Assembly (NCBI GenBank): GCA_012295275.1
Contig: CM022678.1
Location: 18,538,001 to 18,602,000 of the forward strand
Source of the DNA: Chrysomallon squamiferum
Lineage: Eukaryota > Animalia > Mollusca
Direction: 5' to 3'
Length of the DNA stretch: 64,000 bases
Made by a program: the position numbers and the translations under genes. The stretch's first letter is position 1. Every line of letters starts with the position of its first letter. The notes beneath the pieces were generated by a model. That model was given only the letters and a program-made list of their open reading frames with translations. It ran no database searches and was not told the origin of the DNA. This document shows, one piece after another, positions 60,244 through 64,000 of this stretch.

Positions 60244-61509
60244 TTATTTTTACACAAGTTTACCATTTGAAAATATCTTGCAGCCATTTGTTGTTATTGC
60301 GTGAAGATTTGCGTTGACGTATGTGCGTGTGTGTGTGTGTACTTAAAAAAAATGCATTATTATTATATTTTATTATTATTTTATTTTTCATGAATTACCA
60401 TATCACAATTGATGGTGACGTTACAACTATTGTGATGAGGTAAAATGGCGGCTTTGAAATGTTTTAAAACACTGTAACTTGTTTTCATACTTTGGTAGGA
60501 CAGGTCAAACCAAACCAAAACAGTAGAATGTTGTATAAAATTTTTCTTTCATTTTATTAGAGAATATTTAATATGGTCACATGTACTTTTTAAATGTTAT
60601 GTGTTCAAATAAACATTTGCTTACGATATTTTCGTGTTTCTTCTCTTGACATTCTTGCCTACAATCTAGTAAATATCCATGGTTATAGTTTTATCTTTAC
60701 AAGTTTCCTATCACTGATGAATGTGAAAACGAAAGAGTCTAACACGGGACATTTTTGAAGAAATTTATTATTATCATCATCATCTTCTTTTTCTGTACTA
60801 TTGTTGTTTTTAGTGATATATATATACACACACACAGACACACACACACACACACATATTAAAATAATTATTACTTTTTCTTCTTCTTAGTATTAAATGG
60901 TCACTATTACCATTGATACTACTACTACTATTCCTATTGTTATTATAGTTGTTGTTGTTGTTGTTACAGTCACTGCCATCGTCTTTGTTGTTCTTGTTGT
61001 ATATGTGTGTGTGTGTCAGATATGTCTATATATCTCTATCTTTATCTCTATTTCTATATATATTAATATATCTATATCTACCTGTCTACCTACCTACCAA
61101 CCTACCTACCTATCTATCTATATATCTATCTATCAATCTATCTATCTATCTATCTATCTACCTACTTACAATAAGTAAAATAATCTGCCTGATTTTAATG
61201 TTAATTTTATCATCATTTTTATTAATAATTTCGTTTTGATAATTATCATAAGTAATAATCAGCATCGCCGTCATTGTTAACACCGACGTTAACTCTGCTG
61301 TCGCTGTCGTCCTCGCTGATGACGTCACCGTTTTAAGCCTCCGTCATCGTTATCGTAATTACGTCATAATTATTGTAATCACATTTCAGTATCATTTTTT
61401 TTTTTTTTTTTTTTTAAATCACCGTCACATCGTCATCTCTTGTCATCGTTTTGTCACCACAGTACGGCAACGACATTTAACTCTCCTCACCATCATCCAT
61501 CGTGTACGT

Positions 61510-63369
61510 CTACGCCTCCGTCGTGATGGATTCACAGAAACTGACGGACCTCGCCACCCGCTGGCGTCTTCTGAAGAGTCTCGCGCACTTGCGTCTGAAC
61601 TCGTAGCTGAAGGCGGCGTAGACGACGACGTTGGAGCTGCAGTTGACGAGGTGCGAGCGGACGAAGAAGTGGAACATGAGCTGCTGCTCCTCCGACAGCT
61701 TCGCGAAGAAGAACTCGGGCCCTGTCTGGAAACGCACCGCGGACACGACGAGACTCGGCAAGAGGCTGAGCACGAACACCAACGTCAGCGCGAACAGCAT
61801 CAGCGTCGTTCGACTCGGGTGCGGCGTGAACGACAGAATCCTCGAAGCTATTCTGGACGCCTGGGAGGCGATGCTGGAAGGAATTCGCTTCAGAGAGCTT
61901 CTGAAATGTTGCCGGACAACTTCTTCGTCGCTCGCTCTTTTTATGTCCGGTCGGGTCCGCGACCTGCTTCTCGAGCGGCTGTCTAAACACGCGTCTGCGT
62001 CGTAGTAGACGTCGGTCTTGCTCTGTGACTGAGCGGTTACCGAGGACGGGCCGATGACGGAGGACCCGTAAACCCCGGCTTTCTGTTTTTTCAGATTCTG
62101 ACAAGACTGCTTCACGGAATAGAACGAGTCGTCCGAGCTGTCAGATTCGCTCGTGCTTTCGCTCAGTGACGTCAAAGATTCCGAGTCAGAGGTGACAGCG
62201 TGCAGGTTCGTTCGAGACGCGAAATTGTCGTCCTCGCTGGTGAGGCTGTCCTTTTTCTTTCGTGGAATTCTTTTTCTTTTTCTAAATTTGTTCAAAAAAC
62301 TGTTGCCGTTTTCCAAGCTGGGGACGCTGCTGTTTTGTCTCAGTGAATCCATTTTTTCTGGAACTTTAGTCACAAGAAACGAGTTGTTTTTTGTCCAGGA
62401 AAGGCTCGAATTTTCTATTATTGCAAAAATTCTGTCTGACAGTTTTTTCACAATAGAGACATCACTTTGGGCACTGGCGTGACTGACGCCGTCTTTCCGC
62501 GGCGATTCTTTTTCTGTGCTCTTTAAAACGTCGTCGTTGCTGCTGACGTTGTCAGTTTCTTTGTTTGGCGACGTGATGATACTAAAGTCGTCATCTTTGG
62601 CAAAGTTTACTTTTTCTTTTGACGACTGACAGCTTTTTATACTGGCCGTTCGTTCTCGGGAGAGTTTATTTGCCATCTTCTTGCTCACGATTATACCTCT
62701 GCCCATCAGGAGGTAAAGAACAATAAGGATGAGCGTTATTATTATGAACGCAAGCCACATGACCGAGAAGAAGACGATCGAGTGCAGCGTGTTGTCGTAC
62801 TTCTCCGTGACGCTGCAGATGATTCCAGTGACGTTGTGGGAGGGAATGGCGAGATGCGTTGATCCGTAAATGAGAAGAGAAGGCCAGGACAGGGCAATGC
62901 CGAACAGAAACGACAGACAACAGGCCATCTTGGAATCCTGACTGCTTATTGGGTTCTTCTCCGGTCTGCACACGCGTATGTATCTGTCCACTGCTATGAC
63001 GAGGTAGACGGCAGACGAGGTGTTGCTCATCACGTAGTTTGTGAACCGAGACATCCTGCAAAGTATGCCGTCGTCGAAGTAGTACAGGTTACGGAGAATG
63101 AGCACCTCCGTTGGCATGGTGACGACGGTGTTGACGAAGTCGACGATTCCAAGACACAGCAGGTAGTACTTTAATGACGTCTCCCGCCAACGGAATCCGA
63201 AAATGTAAATACAAAGCGTGTTTCCGAGCACTCCTATTACCATCAGCGTAACTGTGTACACCACCACTGGCATCAGTGAGATAAACTTTTCCATATTCAG
63301 TCGCCGAATCATCTCCATTTGACCCGAAGAACTGTTCATGAGGTTTGCTGCAACCGAAACATTCGCCAT
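61510..63369 (-). CDS. Rhodopsin-like (class A) GPCR, orphan peptide-receptor-like, uninterrupted CDS, very long ICL3
   Basis: 619-aa ORF with 7 hydrophobic segments, GN in TM1, L..D in TM2, conserved TM3 Cys, VDRY..VC.P, TM6 SLLP, TM7 NCSSNVVVY, helix-8 FRRKC, and N-terminal N-glycosylation sequons. Confidence 0.95.
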   Translation of the reverse strand: MANVSVAANLMNSSSGQMEMIRRLNMEKFISLMPVVVYTVTLMVIGVLGNTLCIYIFGFRWRETSLKYYLLCLGIVDFVNTVVTMPTEVLILRNLYYFDDGILCRMSRFTNYVMSNTSSAVYLVIAVDRYIRVCRPEKNPISSQDSKMACCLSFLFGIALSWPSLLIYGSTHLAIPSHNVTGIICSVTEKYDNTLHSIVFFSVMWLAFIIITLILIVLYLLMGRGIIVSKKMANKLSRERTASIKSCQSSKEKVNFAKDDDFSIITSPNKETDNVSSNDDVLKSTEKESPRKDGVSHASAQSDVSIVKKLSDRIFAIIENSSLSWTKNNSFLVTKVPEKMDSLRQNSSVPSLENGNSFLNKFRKRKRIPRKKKDSLTSEDDNFASRTNLHAVTSDSESLTSLSESTSESDSSDDSFYSVKQSCQNLKKQKAGVYGSSVIGPSSVTAQSQSKTDVYYDADACLDSRSRSRSRTRPDIKRASDEEVVRQHFRSSLKRIPSSIASQASRIASRILSFTPHPSRTTLMLFALTLVFVLSLLPSLVVSAVRFQTGPEFFFAKLSEEQQLMFHFFVRSHLVNCSSNVVVYAAFSYEFRRKCARLFRRRQRVARSVSFCESITTEA

Positions 63370-63507
63370 GATGACCTACCTACTTTCTGCCGTTACTGAC
63401 TTACAACATGTAACGGTTTCTTTCCAGAGCGAGTCTGCATAAATTATTGTTTCTAGTCAGTAAATCCTGAAATACGCAAAAACAAACTGTAAATGACAAC
63501 CTTCCTA

Positions 63508-63613
<106 letters not shown>

Positions 63614-63760
63614 ATTATTTATATATGTATCCTTATATATGTTGTAGGTGTAAGCCTGTATGTACTCTATTTTTATTTAAGTTTACTACTGCTAAGAATA
63701 GCAAATGTTTGTAGTTCTAATCAAAATAGTCAAACGATAATCAGATTACATTAGTTAATA

Positions 63761-63816
<56 letters not shown>

Positions 63817-64000
63817 TAATAATAATCAAATAAAAAACGTTGTAGTTAAAAAAATGCACTAAGATTAATGAGATTCTTTTTTTTATTATTTAATTATTAT
63901 TTTTATTATTATTTTTTAATGCTTTTTTAATTACATATTTAGAAAGTTAAAAAGAGAAATATTTCTAATTTTATGTGTTAGATATATATTGTTGATATTA

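Noticed and set aside
61532-63061. Overlapping and antisense ORFs within the GPCR CDS (likewise within OATP exon 1 and the last exon of protease A)
   Set aside because: Shadow ORFs expected from GC-rich codon usage; no independent motifs.

Overview
AT-rich, extremely microsatellite-dense animal genomic DNA; the gene families suggest a lophotrochozoan, probably a mollusc (inference). Almost all ORFs in the supplied track are simple-repeat artefacts. Manual exon stitching gives nine genes. (1) M12B/ADAMTS-like zinc protease A, + strand, 5'-truncated, with a +1 frameshift after the Met-turn and a Trp/Arg-rich tail. (2,3) Two tandem secreted brorin/VWC2-like proteins, - strand; one has a -1 frameshift and ends in PRFG-stop. 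(4) M12B/ADAMTS-like protease B, - strand, with a PLAC-like module and about ten 11-aa PTQSV repeats. (5) A claudin/PMP22-family tetraspan protein. (6) An OATP/SLCO transporter. (7) A secreted, intron-containing TIM-barrel glycoside-hydrolase-like protein that resembles a mainly microbial family. (8) A FAX/metaxin-like GST-fold protein. (9) A class A GPCR with an uninterrupted CDS and a very long third intracellular loop. Also present are a tRNA-derived SINE-like element, a MITE-like inverted repeat, a candidate 41-aa microprotein, local duplications, and introns with complementary microsatellites at opposite ends. No database searches were run; family calls rest on motif recognition.
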